Positions 31,504 to 44,372 of a DNA stretch of 64,000 nucleotides are shown piece by piece. The notes beneath the pieces were generated by a model. That model was not told where the DNA came from, made no database searches, and saw nothing but the letters and a program-made list of their open reading frames with translations. This DNA comes from Eledone cirrhosa (lineage: Eukaryota). The stretch spans positions 28,892,001-28,956,000 of the forward strand of contig OZ024747.1 in NCBI GenBank assembly GCA_964016885.1, written 5' to 3'. Each line of letters begins with the position of its first letter. Position 1 is the first letter of the stretch. The position numbers and the translations under genes were made by a program.

Positions 31504-32012
31504 GTATATATATATATGTATATATATATATATGTATATATATATATGTATATATATGTATATATATATATGTATATATATATACGTATATATATGTATA
31601 TATATATATGTATATATATGTATATATATATACGTATATATATGTATATATATATACGTATATATATGTATATATATATACGTATATATATGTATATATA
31701 TATACGTATATATATGTATATATATATACGTATATATATGTATATATATATACGTATGTATATATATATATGTATATATATGTATATATATATATGTATA
31801 TATATGTATATATATATATGTATATATATGTATATATATATATGTATATATATGTATATATATATATGTATATATATGTATATATATATATGTATATATA
31901 TGTATATATATATATGTATATATATGTATATGTATATATATGTATATATATATATGTATGTATATATATGTATATATATATATATATATCATATACATAT
32001 ATATACATATAT
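30078..32012. repeat. (TA)n/TATG satellite array
   Basis: Read directly from the sequence. Confidence 0.95.
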
Positions 32013-32359
32013 ATCATCATCATCATCATCATCATCTCATTTTACGTCCACTTTTCCCTGCTTGCAAGGGTGGGACGGGAACTGATTCTGGCTTGATTTC
32101 TACAGCTGGATGCCCTTCCTAACACCAACCTCATTTACAGTGAGTGCTGGGTGCTTTTTTGCCGTGGCACCTCCACGACCACTTTACAGTGGAATGATAG
32201 GGACTGGGGTCCCTATCTCATTTCTACAGCTGAGTAAACTGGAGCAATGTGAAATAAAGTGCCTTGCTCAAGGAAACAACACATCACCCGGTCTGAGAAT
32301 TGAACTCACAACCTTTTGATTGCAAGGCCAATGCTCTAACCACTAAGCCATGTGCCTCC
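32013..32359 (-). mobile_element. Young tRNA-derived SINE with RTE-derived 3' half (copy 1)
   Basis: A box TGGCTTAGTGG, B box GAGTTCAATTC, CCTTGAGCAAGGCACTT core, (GAT)n tail; near-identical to 42091-42437. Confidence 0.9.
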
Positions 32360-32545
32360 ATATATATACATATATATATATATATGTATTGGTAAACGAT
32401 ATATGTATATATATGTATATGTATATATATATATGTATATATATGTATGTATGTATATATATATATATATATGTATGTATATGTATATATATATATATAT
32501 ATGTATGTATATGTATATATATATGTATGTATATGTATGTATATG

Positions 32546-32577
<32 letters not shown>

Positions 32578-32996
32578 TGTATGTATATGTATATATGTAT
32601 GTATATATATATATATATATGTATGTATATGTATATATATATGTATGTATATGTATATATATATGTATGTATATGTATATATATATGTATGTATGTATAT
32701 GTATATATATATGTATATGTATATATATATATATGTATATATATGTATATATATGTATGTATATGTATATATGTATATGTATATATATGTATGTATATGT
32801 ATATATATGTATATATATGTATGTATATGTATATATATGTATATATATGTATGTATATGTATATATATGTATATATATGTATGTATATGTATATATATGT
32901 ATGTATATGTATATATATATATATGTATGTATATATATATATATGTATGTATATGTATATATATATATATGTATGTATATGTATATATATATATGT
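32360..32996. repeat. (TA)n/TATG satellite array
   Basis: Read directly from the sequence. Confidence 0.95.
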
Positions 32997-32997
32997 A

Positions 32998-34102
32998 CTA
33001 GCAGTAAAGCCCGGCGTTGCTCGGGGTCGCTCAGTAGCTGTGTTAAAGTTACAATGTTAAGTTTCTTTTTTGGCTTAAAAACTGTAGTGTCTACTGTGCA
33101 GACTTGCATGTGGTGTTTTTGATTAATATTCCCTCAACCAACAATATGCCTTATGAAGTTAAGAAAACATAACGATAACCCGAATGTTATAACAAAAGAG
33201 GATGCTGGGGATAAAAACTGCACTGGTTATTTATTAACAAAGATCGAAAATGTAAACACTGCAACGCAGAGAAAAACATTAGCGTAACCAAATTATCAGT
33301 TATGTCTGTCTGCACGCCTATATCACCTCTCTGCACGACTGTCTGACTGCACGCGTATATCACCTCTCTGCACGACTGTCTGTCTGCACGCGTATATCAC
33401 CTCTCTGCACGACTGTTTGTCTGCACGCGTATATCACCTCTGCACGCCTAACGAAATTTACAGATACATATATTTTAAATAAACTTATATAATTTTTGCT
33501 TTTTTTTACGAAATATTTGCTTGTTTTACGTAGTCTTTAAATAGACTTGTTTTCAAGTAAAAATATTGTTTTAAAAGGCTTTTAAATGGAAATGAAGCAA
33601 AACGGAAGCTTAGTGTTCGAACTGATGAATTTTGCAGGTCAAAATTTTGCTGGCTCGACAACTGTTCGTGTATTGTGTTAATGTCATTTTAAACGCTGAG
33701 AAAGCCAGCGTAATTTTTTTAATTTTTGCCAGCGTAATTTTTTTAATTTTTGCACGCAGAAAATGTAAACAGAACGTAAGACGCTACGCTGAATGTAAAC
33801 AGAACGAGGGAAATCATTTTTTTAATTTTTGCACGCAGAAAATGTAAAGAGAACGTAAGACGCTACGCTGAATGTAAACAGAACAAAGGGAAATAACTGA
33901 TCACTTACGCTCAAAAATCGATACATTATATTCGATTTCGTCAGATAGGGCGGGTCAATTTGAAATATTTTTTTCCGATGTCTTCGCTAGGGCTCAATGT
34001 ACAAGTATAGCAATTTCGGTGCAATTCCGTGAGAGATTCTAAGAGGAGATGTGTGCCAAAAATCGATAGACAGACAGACAACCTCAGTTTTATATATATA
34101 GA
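32998..34102 (-). mobile_element. Non-autonomous Helitron
   Basis: Minus strand begins A|TC, has CTGT repeats near the 5' end, and ends with hairpin CCCGAGCAACGCCGGG 8 nt before CTAG|T. No TSD. Confidence 0.85.
33305..33450. repeat. 37-bp tandem repeat, about 4 copies, inside the Helitron
   Basis: GTCTGTCTGCACGCGTATATCACCTCTCTGCACGACT units. Confidence 0.9.
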
Positions 34103-34258
34103 TATGTATGTATATGTATATATATATATGTATATGTATGTATATGTATATATATATATATATATGTATGTATATATATATATGTATGTATATGTGTATG
34201 TATATATATATATGTATGTGTATGTATATGTATGTATATGTATATATATATATATGTA

Positions 34259-34301
<43 letters not shown>

Positions 34302-34324
34302 ATGTATATATATGTATGTATATG

Positions 34325-34355
<31 letters not shown>

Positions 34356-34363
34356 ATATATGT

Positions 34364-34405
<42 letters not shown>

Positions 34406-34484
34406 GAATGTATATATATCTATATATATCTATATATATGTATGTATATGTATATATATGTATGTATATGTATATATATGTATG

Positions 34485-34515
<31 letters not shown>

Positions 34516-34596
34516 ATGTATATATGTGTATATATATGTATGTATATGTATATATATATGTATGTATATGTATATATATATATATATATATGTATG

Positions 34597-34637
<41 letters not shown>

Positions 34638-35204
34638 ATGTATATATATGTATGTATATGTATATATATGTATGTATATGTATATATATATATATATGTG
34701 TGTATATGTATATATATGTATGTATACGTATATATATGTATGTATATGTATATATATGTATGTATATGTATATATATATATATATGTATGTATATGTATA
34801 TATATGTATGTATATGTATATGTATATGTATATATGTATATATATGTATGTATATGTATATATATATGTATGTATATGTATATATATATATATATGTATG
34901 TATATGTATATATATGTATGTATATGTATATATATATGTATGTATATGTATATATATATGTATGTATATGTATATATATATGTATGTATATGTATATGTA
35001 TGTATATGTATATATATGTATGTATATGTATATATATGTATGTATATGTATATATATGTATATATATATGTATGTATATGTATGTATATATATATGTATG
35101 TATATGTATGTATATATATATGTATGTATATGTATATATATGTATATGTATATATATATATGTATGTATATGTATATATATGTATATATATATGTATGTA
35201 TATG

Positions 35205-35237
<33 letters not shown>

Positions 35238-35394
35238 GTATATATATGTATATATATATGTATGTATATGTATGTATATATATATGTATGTATATGTATG
35301 TATATATATATGTATGTATATGTATATATATGTATATGTATATATATATATGTATGTATATGTATATATATGTATATATATATGTATGTATATG

Positions 35395-35427
<33 letters not shown>

Positions 35428-35485
35428 GTATATATATGTATGTATATGTATATATATATATGTATATGTATATATATGTATATGT

Positions 35486-35519
<34 letters not shown>

Positions 35520-35531
35520 GTATGTATATGT

Positions 35532-35563
<32 letters not shown>

Positions 35564-35598
35564 GTATGTATATATATATATATATGTATATATATCTA
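34103..35598. repeat. (TA)n/TATGTATG satellite array
   Basis: Read directly from the sequence. Confidence 0.95.
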
Positions 35599-35991
35599 TG
35601 TCCCTCATGTATAGATAAGAAATGTATAACCTGTAAAATAAGCCCCCATATTAACTGTAAAACTAGAAATGTAGTGTATAGCATAAGATGTACTGAAGGA
35701 CAATGTAGAGACAAAAATATAGTGTACATAGGTGAGACAGCTCGTAGTGTAGGGGAACGGATAAATGAACACTGGCGAAACCTTCAAGATAGTAAAGAAT
35801 CCTCTGTACTCTACCAACATGCTACAATAGAATACAAGGGTAAATTAGAGAACATAGAAATAAAAATAGAATCTACACACAGAAAAGACGCAATGTTTAG
35901 ACAAATTACAGAGGCAATAAACATAAAAGAATTACAACCAAAATTAAATAGAAAATATGAGTGGAACAGCAACATCACAACTTACAATTAA
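35599..35991 (+). pseudogene. GIY-YIG endonuclease domain (5'-truncated)
   Basis: VVY...YIGET motifs, conserved Arg/Glu/Asn positions, Cys-rich linker. Confidence 0.85.
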
Positions 35992-36192
35992 GGACAAAAT
36001 GAAAACACACACACACATAGAACAAACAACCAACCAGTAATATGTAAATAAACAAATAAATAAATGAACATAAACACACACAGACACCCGGATGTGGCGC
36101 ATGCGCAGACTGAGCACACAACACACACACACAAACAAAATGGCGTAGGACAGAACAAAGGAGAGGCACAGAAACAAAGAAAGGAATCACCT

Positions 36193-36235
36193 GTCACTGA
36201 AGAGGTCACAGAGTGTGTGACGAAAGAACTATGAC
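36193..36235 (+). ncRNA. Minimal type I hammerhead ribozyme motif
   Basis: Same core and helices as 19146-19188; predicted cleavage after CUA at 36231. Confidence 0.7.
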
Positions 36236-36273
36236 TATATATAAACAACTATCTGGTTGTGGATCCAACCAAC

Positions 36274-38241
36274 TATAGCGGAATTAGCGGTGTATGAATG
36301 TAACAAGGAGACATGGTTGGTGTGTATAATATTTAATCAACAATTTAACAGTATAGTTGACATGTCAATGAAATAGATGAAAGAATGAAGCAAAGTTAGT
36401 AGTTACCGTTTTGATTGCCAGGCAAACGCAGGCTGGCAGAAGACGCCTGGCGAAGGCCAGGCGCCGGAAGGGCGAATGAGAGAGTGAGAACTTAAAGTTA
36501 GTTTTATAGGGTTCTGACCGGAAGTTACAGAAAGGGTTCTACTTCCCGTCTAGATGTTGTTAATCTATTGGGGTTGTGAGTCACAACAAGGGAGACAACT
36601 GCTACATAACCTCCCGCCAGAATTTTAGAATATAAAAATTGAATGAAATATGTAGCAAGTTGGCGAGAATGTTGTAACAGGCATGAAAATTACGACAAAA
36701 GAATGTTTGCAAAAATCATTGATAGATGTCAAGGTAGCCAACCGCTCTTGGCCAGAGAACGACTGGACATCTATCTATCCATCACCCAAAGATACAATGT
36801 AATAACGAAGAGAAGAGCTCAAAGTTCAAATGTACAAAATATAGTTCACAGGTGTGCAATCACATGACAGCAGGAAAGAAAGTGTGTTCCAGAGAATGAA
36901 TGCAGGTGGTTTCTGTTCTGTGGTATATCGTGAAATTTCCAACCTCCGAATGGATTTTCTCACAGGAAGAGTGCTGCAAAAATAAATTCTCTGGCTTGTT
37001 CTGCTGGTTTTGGTTGTTGGTGAAGCTGTGTTGCTGTTGATGTTGTTGTCCCGCGGAGTGAGCGTATTCGGTGTTTAAATTCACAGTAAAAAAAAAATTT
37101 TTTCAGAAAAAATGAGTTGCACAAAGTGCTAGAAATAACAGCCGAAGTTGATGGTCGATGTTGAGAATGCGTTGACCTGGAAGGGTCAAGAGGCCAGCGA
37201 CCAAAGAAGTAAGCATTCTGAATAAATGCGCAGTTTTCAACGGTAAATTTACGTGGTAAATTTTTAAACCGGCAAATAGGAGAATATAGCTTAAGGCTGA
37301 AGAATCCTTGGCGAGAAACGTTATCTCTGGCGTGCGGCTATCTCTGTGAGTCGAGAATATGTGCTGCCTACACGTGCCAATACAAGGTTAAGTTAGTTTT
37401 AAAAAATAATATTTCTACCGCGCGAGAAAATGATAGTGCAAGTGTGAAAGTGACAATGATGAAAAAGAAAGGCTTCACTTAGCATAATTATTGGTGTGAA
37501 CTTTGGAAAAAAAAAAACTTTAACGATGAAGAAAACGATGAAAAAAATAAAAAAGGCAATGGTTCATCGAAAATAAATGTTCTTGAAATGTTTTTTAAAA
37601 AAATATCAAATTTTTTTTTTTTTTGTTTTGAAAGTGTTCGTTGTAAGAAACGAGAAACATATATATATTGTGAAATGCGACAGTTAGTTGATGCGTGAAA
37701 GAAAAAGTCTGTCTGTATGCGAATTTCACATGTGCGTGGTGTGTTCGTTTCTTGGAGAAAGTATTTTCATAGTTTGTCAATAAATTTGCTGTGTATTCGT
37801 AATGTTACTCACACAACACCAGATTCTGCTATTTTTTTTCTTTTTACGGGGTGACCACTTATAACAATGAACGGCTGCGTGTTCGTATCATGTCGGGGTC
37901 ACCAATATAGTGGAATTAGCGGTGTATGAATGTAACAAGGAGACATGGTTAGTGTGTATAATATTTAATCAACAATTTAACAGTATAGTTGGCATGTCAA
38001 TGAAATAGATGAAAGAATGAAGCAAAGTTAGTAGTTACCGTTTTGATTGCCAGGCAAACGCAGGCTGGCAGAAGACGCCTGGCGAAGGCCAGGCGCCGGA
38101 AGGGCGAATGAGAGAGTGAGAACTTAAAGTTGTTAGTTTTATAGGGTTCTGACCGGAAGTTACAGAAAGGGTTCTACTTCCCGTCTAGATGTTGTTAATC
38201 TATTGGGGTTGTGGGTCACAACAAGGGAGACAACTGCTACA
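36274..38241 (-). mobile_element. Non-autonomous LTR retroelement (TRIM/LARD-like)
   Basis: LTRs at 36274-36606 and 37906-38241 (4 substitutions plus a 3-nt indel by eye); CAAC TSD; tRNA-Trp PBS TGGTGACCCCGAC; purine-rich GGCGGGAGG before the 3' LTR; no gag/pol ORF. Confidence 0.92.
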
Positions 38242-38335
38242 CAACCAACCAGAAATTTATAAATTTATTATAATAAATTGAAGTGAAAGCAACTGGTGCG
38301 TGTGTTTCTTATTGGCCCTCCCAAAGTATAACAAT

Positions 38336-38600
38336 ATATATATGTATATATATATGTATATATATATGTATATATATGTGTATATGTATATATATATGTA
38401 TATATGTATATATATATATGTATATGTATATATATGTATGTATATATATGTATATATATATATATATATGTATATATATGTATGTATATATATGTATATA
38501 TATATATATGTATGTATATATATATGTATATATGTATATATATATATATGTATGTATATATATATGTATATATATATATATATGTAATGTATATATATAT
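38336..38600. repeat. (TA)n/TATG satellite array
   Basis: Read directly from the sequence. Confidence 0.95.
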
Positions 38601-38656
38601 ACAAGCCATGTATATATATACAAGCCATGTATATACATACAAGCCATGTATATATA

Positions 38657-40172
38657 TATACAAGCCATGTATAAAGAAACAGTCAGCAAGGTTAGAATTA
38701 ACAACGAATATAGTGAAGAGTTTAGTGTAAAAGTTGGTGTTCATCAGGGCTCTGTTCTTAGCCCCCTACTATTTATTATCGCCCTCCAGGCTATAACAGT
38801 GGAGTTCAAGACCGGCTGCCCATGGGAACTCCTATACGCAGATGATCTAACGCTCATAGCTGAATCAATGGCCGAGCTAGAGAAGCAATTCCAAGCATGG
38901 AAGCACGGCCTAGAATCAAAAGGCCTTAAAATTAACCTGGCTAAGACTAAAGTTCTAGTTTGTAAGAAAGAAAATAAGGCGGCGGTCCCCTCTGGGAAGT
39001 GGCCATGCGCAGAGTGTAGGAAAGGCGTAGGTAGAAATTCCATTTTGTGTCCCAAATGCGAAGTTTGGGCGCATAAAAGATGTAGTGGGATCACAGGTAA
39101 GCTAACTAAGAACATAGATTTTACATGTGGCCGGTGTTCTGGGGCAATAAGTAGCAGCAAGTGCCCACAAAATACTAGCTCTTTCAACTGCGCAGAGGGT
39201 TCTATAGAAATAGTGGACAGCTTCCGTTACCTGGGTGACAAAATCAGCAGTGGGGGAGGGTGCTCTGAAAGTACAGTAGCTAGAGTCAGAACTGGGTGGA
39301 AAAAGTTCAGAGAGCTTATACCACTATTAGCCGCTAAAGGGTTCTCCCTAAAAATGAAAAGCAGGTTGTATGATGCCTGCATACGAACAGCAATGTTGCA
39401 TGGCAGTGAGACCTGGGCATTGTGTGCAGAGGATATACGCAGACTAGAGAGAAACGAAGCTTGCATGCTCCGCTGGATGTGTAATAGTAATATACGTGAA
39501 CGACAAAGCATAAACGAACTAAGGAAAAAATTAGAAATAAGAGGGATTAGATGTTGTTTACTAGAGAGAAGGCTACGTTGGTATGGTCACGTGATGCGCA
39601 TGAAGGACGATAGCTGTATAACAAAGTGCAGGGCAATAAAGATAGACGGTAGCCACGGAATAGGCAGACCCAGAAAAACCTGGGACGAGCTGATAAACTC
39701 CGACCTCACACACTTACACCTCACCAAGACAATGTCACTGGACCGACACCTTTGGCGGTACTCAGTAATAGAGAAGACCCGCCTTACCTAAATACAAAGT
39801 AAAACCTACTACAGTCAGTAGGCATCTCTAACAAAATACACCCCCGTCCCACCACCCCCACCCCATCCACACCACCCCCTTCTATGTAAAGTTATGCTGG
39901 TGCCACACCATCCAGGCCGAAACAAATGAGATCGTGTAGGTGTCACGACAAAAAAACACACAGTCTACGCTGTAATGTGGCCGTGTAGGCAACACGGTAA
40001 AAACCTCCCAGACCCACACTGTAAATGTGGTTGGTGTTAGGAAGGGCATCCAACTGTAGAAAACCTGCCAGACAGTCCTATGCGAGCAAGTCAATCACTC
40101 TTGCCTCAAGTGGGAAAACCCCCGTCCAAACCCATGCAAGCGTGGAACACGGACGTTAAACGTTGATGATGA
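38657..40172 (+). mobile_element. RTE LINE family A, 5'-truncated, open frame to stop at 39791
   Basis: QGSVLSP, YADD, PHD-like insert, [14 protein letters not shown]; inverted homologue of 27413-29057; (GAT)n tail. Confidence 0.93.
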
Positions 40173-40236
40173 TGTATATATGTATATTTGTATATATATA
40201 TATAAATATGTATATATATATATATGTGTATATTTG

Positions 40237-40269
<33 letters not shown>

Positions 40270-40280
40270 GTGTATATTTG

Positions 40281-40345
<65 letters not shown>

Positions 40346-40355
40346 GTGTATATAT

Positions 40356-41892
40356 GTTAATAAGAGGAATTCCAACTTTATCTGATTTACTCGTTTTATT
40401 TACAATCCTTTAAAATTTATAATGGTATTATAATGAAATAGTATGATAGAATATTAAATAGAATGTTAATTGAACAAGTACTTTCATGCTTTCACAATCT
40501 TCAGGTCCATAATGTGTGGTGACAGTCAAGTTTGCAATTTTCAACTGTAATGAGATGGGTAAATTTTGTACTTTATATACAGTGAAAAGTGGCTCCAGAA
40601 TGCTAAATCTTGCAAACTGTATTTCGAACAATCGGTGTGTAGTTTTCGCTGAATTACTAAAGCTGATTGGTTTAGGCGTCACAGTTGGTTGAGCATGTCT
40701 AACGACCACTAATTAATCCTATCCAAAGCATCAATTGTTTTGCTATTTCTAGTAATCATCACCATCAACATCACTTTTATTATTATTATTATTATTATTG
40801 TTGTTGTTGTGAGTGGTCGTAGTCGACATGGTCATAGTCATAGTAGAAGCATTATTATTGCATTATTATTGTTCATTTAGCTTGGGTTTGAATTTATCAA
40901 TAAAATTCTTTTCTTTGATTTTTCTCTTGATTTCACTTGGGCTGTGTAATTTGTAGAATGGGAATATTATAAATATTCCCTGACCACGTGTTGCTAGATG
41001 GTTACTTAGGAGTATCTGACGGACATTTGGGTATCTGATTTGCTGACGGTGTACCCGTGCATTTCCAGTTTGACCGACATAGTTCTTCACAATTGGGGCA
41101 TTTAATGCAGTAAATTAGATTTCTGCTTTTGCAGTTCATATTTGCATTTGGGAATATTTTTCCAGTTTTCATATATTGACCGGCGTGTATGGATTGACAT
41201 GTGCCGCATCGACTATCATTGCATTTAGATACAGTTGTTAAGGTCAAACTTTGTAATTTGCTTCAAATTTTTCGGCTGTCTTTTACTAAGTGTCAAAGAT
41301 CGATCTTTGATTAAGCCTTTTAATTCATTACTTTGAGCAATGATCGGTAGGTTTGCTTTGGCAGTGTTGAAGATATTCTGGTGACATGGGTTGTGTGTCA
41401 TTATAAATGGTATGACCAGTTCTTGGTTTCTTCTTCCTTGGGTTGTCCTAAGTTGTTGTATGGGTATTTTTATAGCCCGCTGTATGCCATTTTCTGTAAG
41501 TAGAGATGGGTATTTTTGTTTGAGCAAAAATTCTCTTAGTTCTGTTAGGCATTTGTACCTGGTACTCGTATCTTCTACAATGGTACAAATTCTTCTGGCT
41601 AGGCAGTATGGGATGCTGCGTTTTGTATGAGGTGGATGGCACGACTTAAAATTCAGATATTGATGGGTGTCTGTGTGTTTATAAGATATATCCGTGGTAA
41701 TGGTGGTGTCGTTTTTGATTATCATTATATCTAGGAATGGTAATTTGGTCCTACTCATCTCTTTTGTGAATTGGAGAGATGGGTGTAGGTTATTCAGGAG
41801 GATATTGAACTCATCCAGAGTATCTAGTGATTCTGTCCAGATGATGAAACAGTCGTCAAGGTATCTCTTCCAAGATTTTTGATTGTACTTTC
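40356..41892 (-). mobile_element. Second Penelope-like family: RT C-terminus, GIY-YIG and pLTR (frameshifted)
   Basis: [24 protein letters not shown]...SCHP, CGTC, NLIYCIKC, YVGQTG, EKNFIDKFKPKLN. Confidence 0.9.
40471..40509 (-). ncRNA. Minimal hammerhead ribozyme motif with palindromic helix III
   Basis: UGGAC-CUGAAGA-UUGU(GAAA)GCAU-GAAA-GUAC-UU-GUUCA. Confidence 0.6.
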
Positions 41893-41938
41893 TATATGTA
41901 TATATATATATGTATATATATATATGTATATATATATG

Positions 41939-41971
<33 letters not shown>

Positions 41972-41984
41972 GTATATGTATATG

Positions 41985-42017
<33 letters not shown>

Positions 42018-42045
42018 GTATGTATATATATATATGTATATATGT

Positions 42046-42076
<31 letters not shown>

Positions 42077-42090
42077 CATATATATATATT

Positions 42091-42437
42091 GGAGGCACAT
42101 GGCTTAGTGGTTAGAGCATTGGCCTTGCAATCGAAAGGTTGTGAGTTCAATTCTCAGACCGGGCGATGTGTTGTTTCCTTGAGCAAGGCACTTTATTTCA
42201 CATTGTTCCAGTTTACTCAGCTGTAGAAATGAGATGATAGGGATTGGGGTCCCTATCATTCCACTGCAAAGTGGTCGTGGAGGTGCCACGGCAAAAAAGC
42301 ACCCAGCACTCACTGTAAATGAGGTTGGTGTTAGGAAGGGCATCCAGCTGTAGAAATCAAGCCAGAATCAGTTCCCGTCCCACCCTTGCAAGCAGGGAAA
42401 AGTGGACGTAAAATGAAATGATGATGATGATGATGAT
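42091..42437 (+). mobile_element. Young tRNA-derived SINE (copy 2)
   Basis: Same structure as 32013-32359. Confidence 0.9.
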
Positions 42438-42444
42438 ATATATG

Positions 42445-42475
<31 letters not shown>

Positions 42476-42752
42476 GTATATGTATATGTATATATGTATA
42501 TATATATATGTATATATATATATGTATATATATATATGTGTATATATATATGTATATATATTTATATGTATATAAATATATGTATGTATATGTATATATA
42601 TGTATATATATATATGTATATATATGTATATATATGTATATATATATGTATATATATGTGTATATATATATGTATATATATATGTATATATATATATGTA
42701 TATATGTATATATATATGTATATATATATATGTATATATGTATATATATATG

Positions 42753-42851
<99 letters not shown>

Positions 42852-42860
42852 GTATATATG

Positions 42861-42913
<53 letters not shown>

Positions 42914-42922
42914 GTATATATG

Positions 42923-42953
<31 letters not shown>

Positions 42954-42960
42954 GTATATG

Positions 42961-43005
<45 letters not shown>

Positions 43006-43026
43006 GTATATGTATATATATATATG

Positions 43027-43057
<31 letters not shown>

Positions 43058-43232
43058 GTATATATATGTATGTATGTATATATATATATGTATATATATG
43101 TATGTATGTATATATATATATGTATATATATATGTATATATATGTATATATATATGTATATATATGTATATGTTTATATATATATATGTATATGTATATG
43201 TTTATATATGTATATGTATATATATGTATATG

Positions 43233-43263
<31 letters not shown>

Positions 43264-43570
43264 GTATGTATATGTATATGTATATATATATATATGTATA
43301 TGTATATATATATATGTATATGTATATGTATATATATATATATATGTATATGTATATATATATATATGTATATGTATATATATATATGTATATATATATG
43401 TATATATATGTATATGTATATGTATATGTATATATATATATGTATATATATGTATATGTATATGTATATATATATATGTATATATATGTATATGTATATG
43501 TATATATATGTATATGTATATATATATATGTATATATATATGTATATATGTGTATATATGTATATATATC

Positions 43571-43615
<45 letters not shown>

Positions 43616-43620
43616 GTATG

Positions 43621-43657
<37 letters not shown>

Positions 43658-43854
43658 GTATATATATATATGTATGTATATATATATATATGTATATATA
43701 TGTATGTATATATATATATGTATATATATGTATGTATATATATGTATATTTATATATGTATGTATATATATATATATATATGTATATATATGTATGTATA
43801 TATATATATATATATGTATATATATGTATGTATATATATATATATGTATGTATG

Positions 43855-43945
<91 letters not shown>

Positions 43946-44057
43946 ATATATATATGTATGTATATATATATATGTATGTATATATATATATGTATGTATA
44001 TATATATATGTATGTATATATATATATGTATGTATATATATATATGTATGTATATAT

Positions 44058-44103
<46 letters not shown>

Positions 44104-44168
44104 GTATGTATATATGTATGTATATATATATATGTATGTATATATATATATATATGTATGTATGTATG

Positions 44169-44247
<79 letters not shown>

Positions 44248-44372
44248 GTATGTATATATGTATATATATATATATATACGTATATATATATATATATGTA
44301 TGTATATATATATATATATACGTATATATATGTATATATATATATATATATGTATATGTATATATATATATA
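42438..44372. repeat. (TA)n/TATG satellite array
   Basis: Read directly from the sequence. Confidence 0.95.

Larger units (their letters stand above)
35599..38335 (+). mobile_element. Penelope-like element 3' fragment (GIY-YIG plus pLTR), split by an LTR insertion
   Basis: 35599-35991 encodes CITC...NVVYSIRC...YIGETARS...RINEH...[13 protein letters not shown]. The pLTR runs 35992-36273 and resumes at 38242. Confidence 0.88.

Noticed and set aside
28679-32035. 1118-aa ORF as an IY-repeat/RT fusion protein
   Set aside because: Chance read-through from the satellite into a 5'-truncated LINE; the same applies to 38283-39791, 34408-35991 and 41225-42100.
42091-42165. tRNA gene
   Set aside because: A/B boxes are present but it runs into a SINE body and LINE-derived tail; the same holds at 32285-32359 and 16305-16378.
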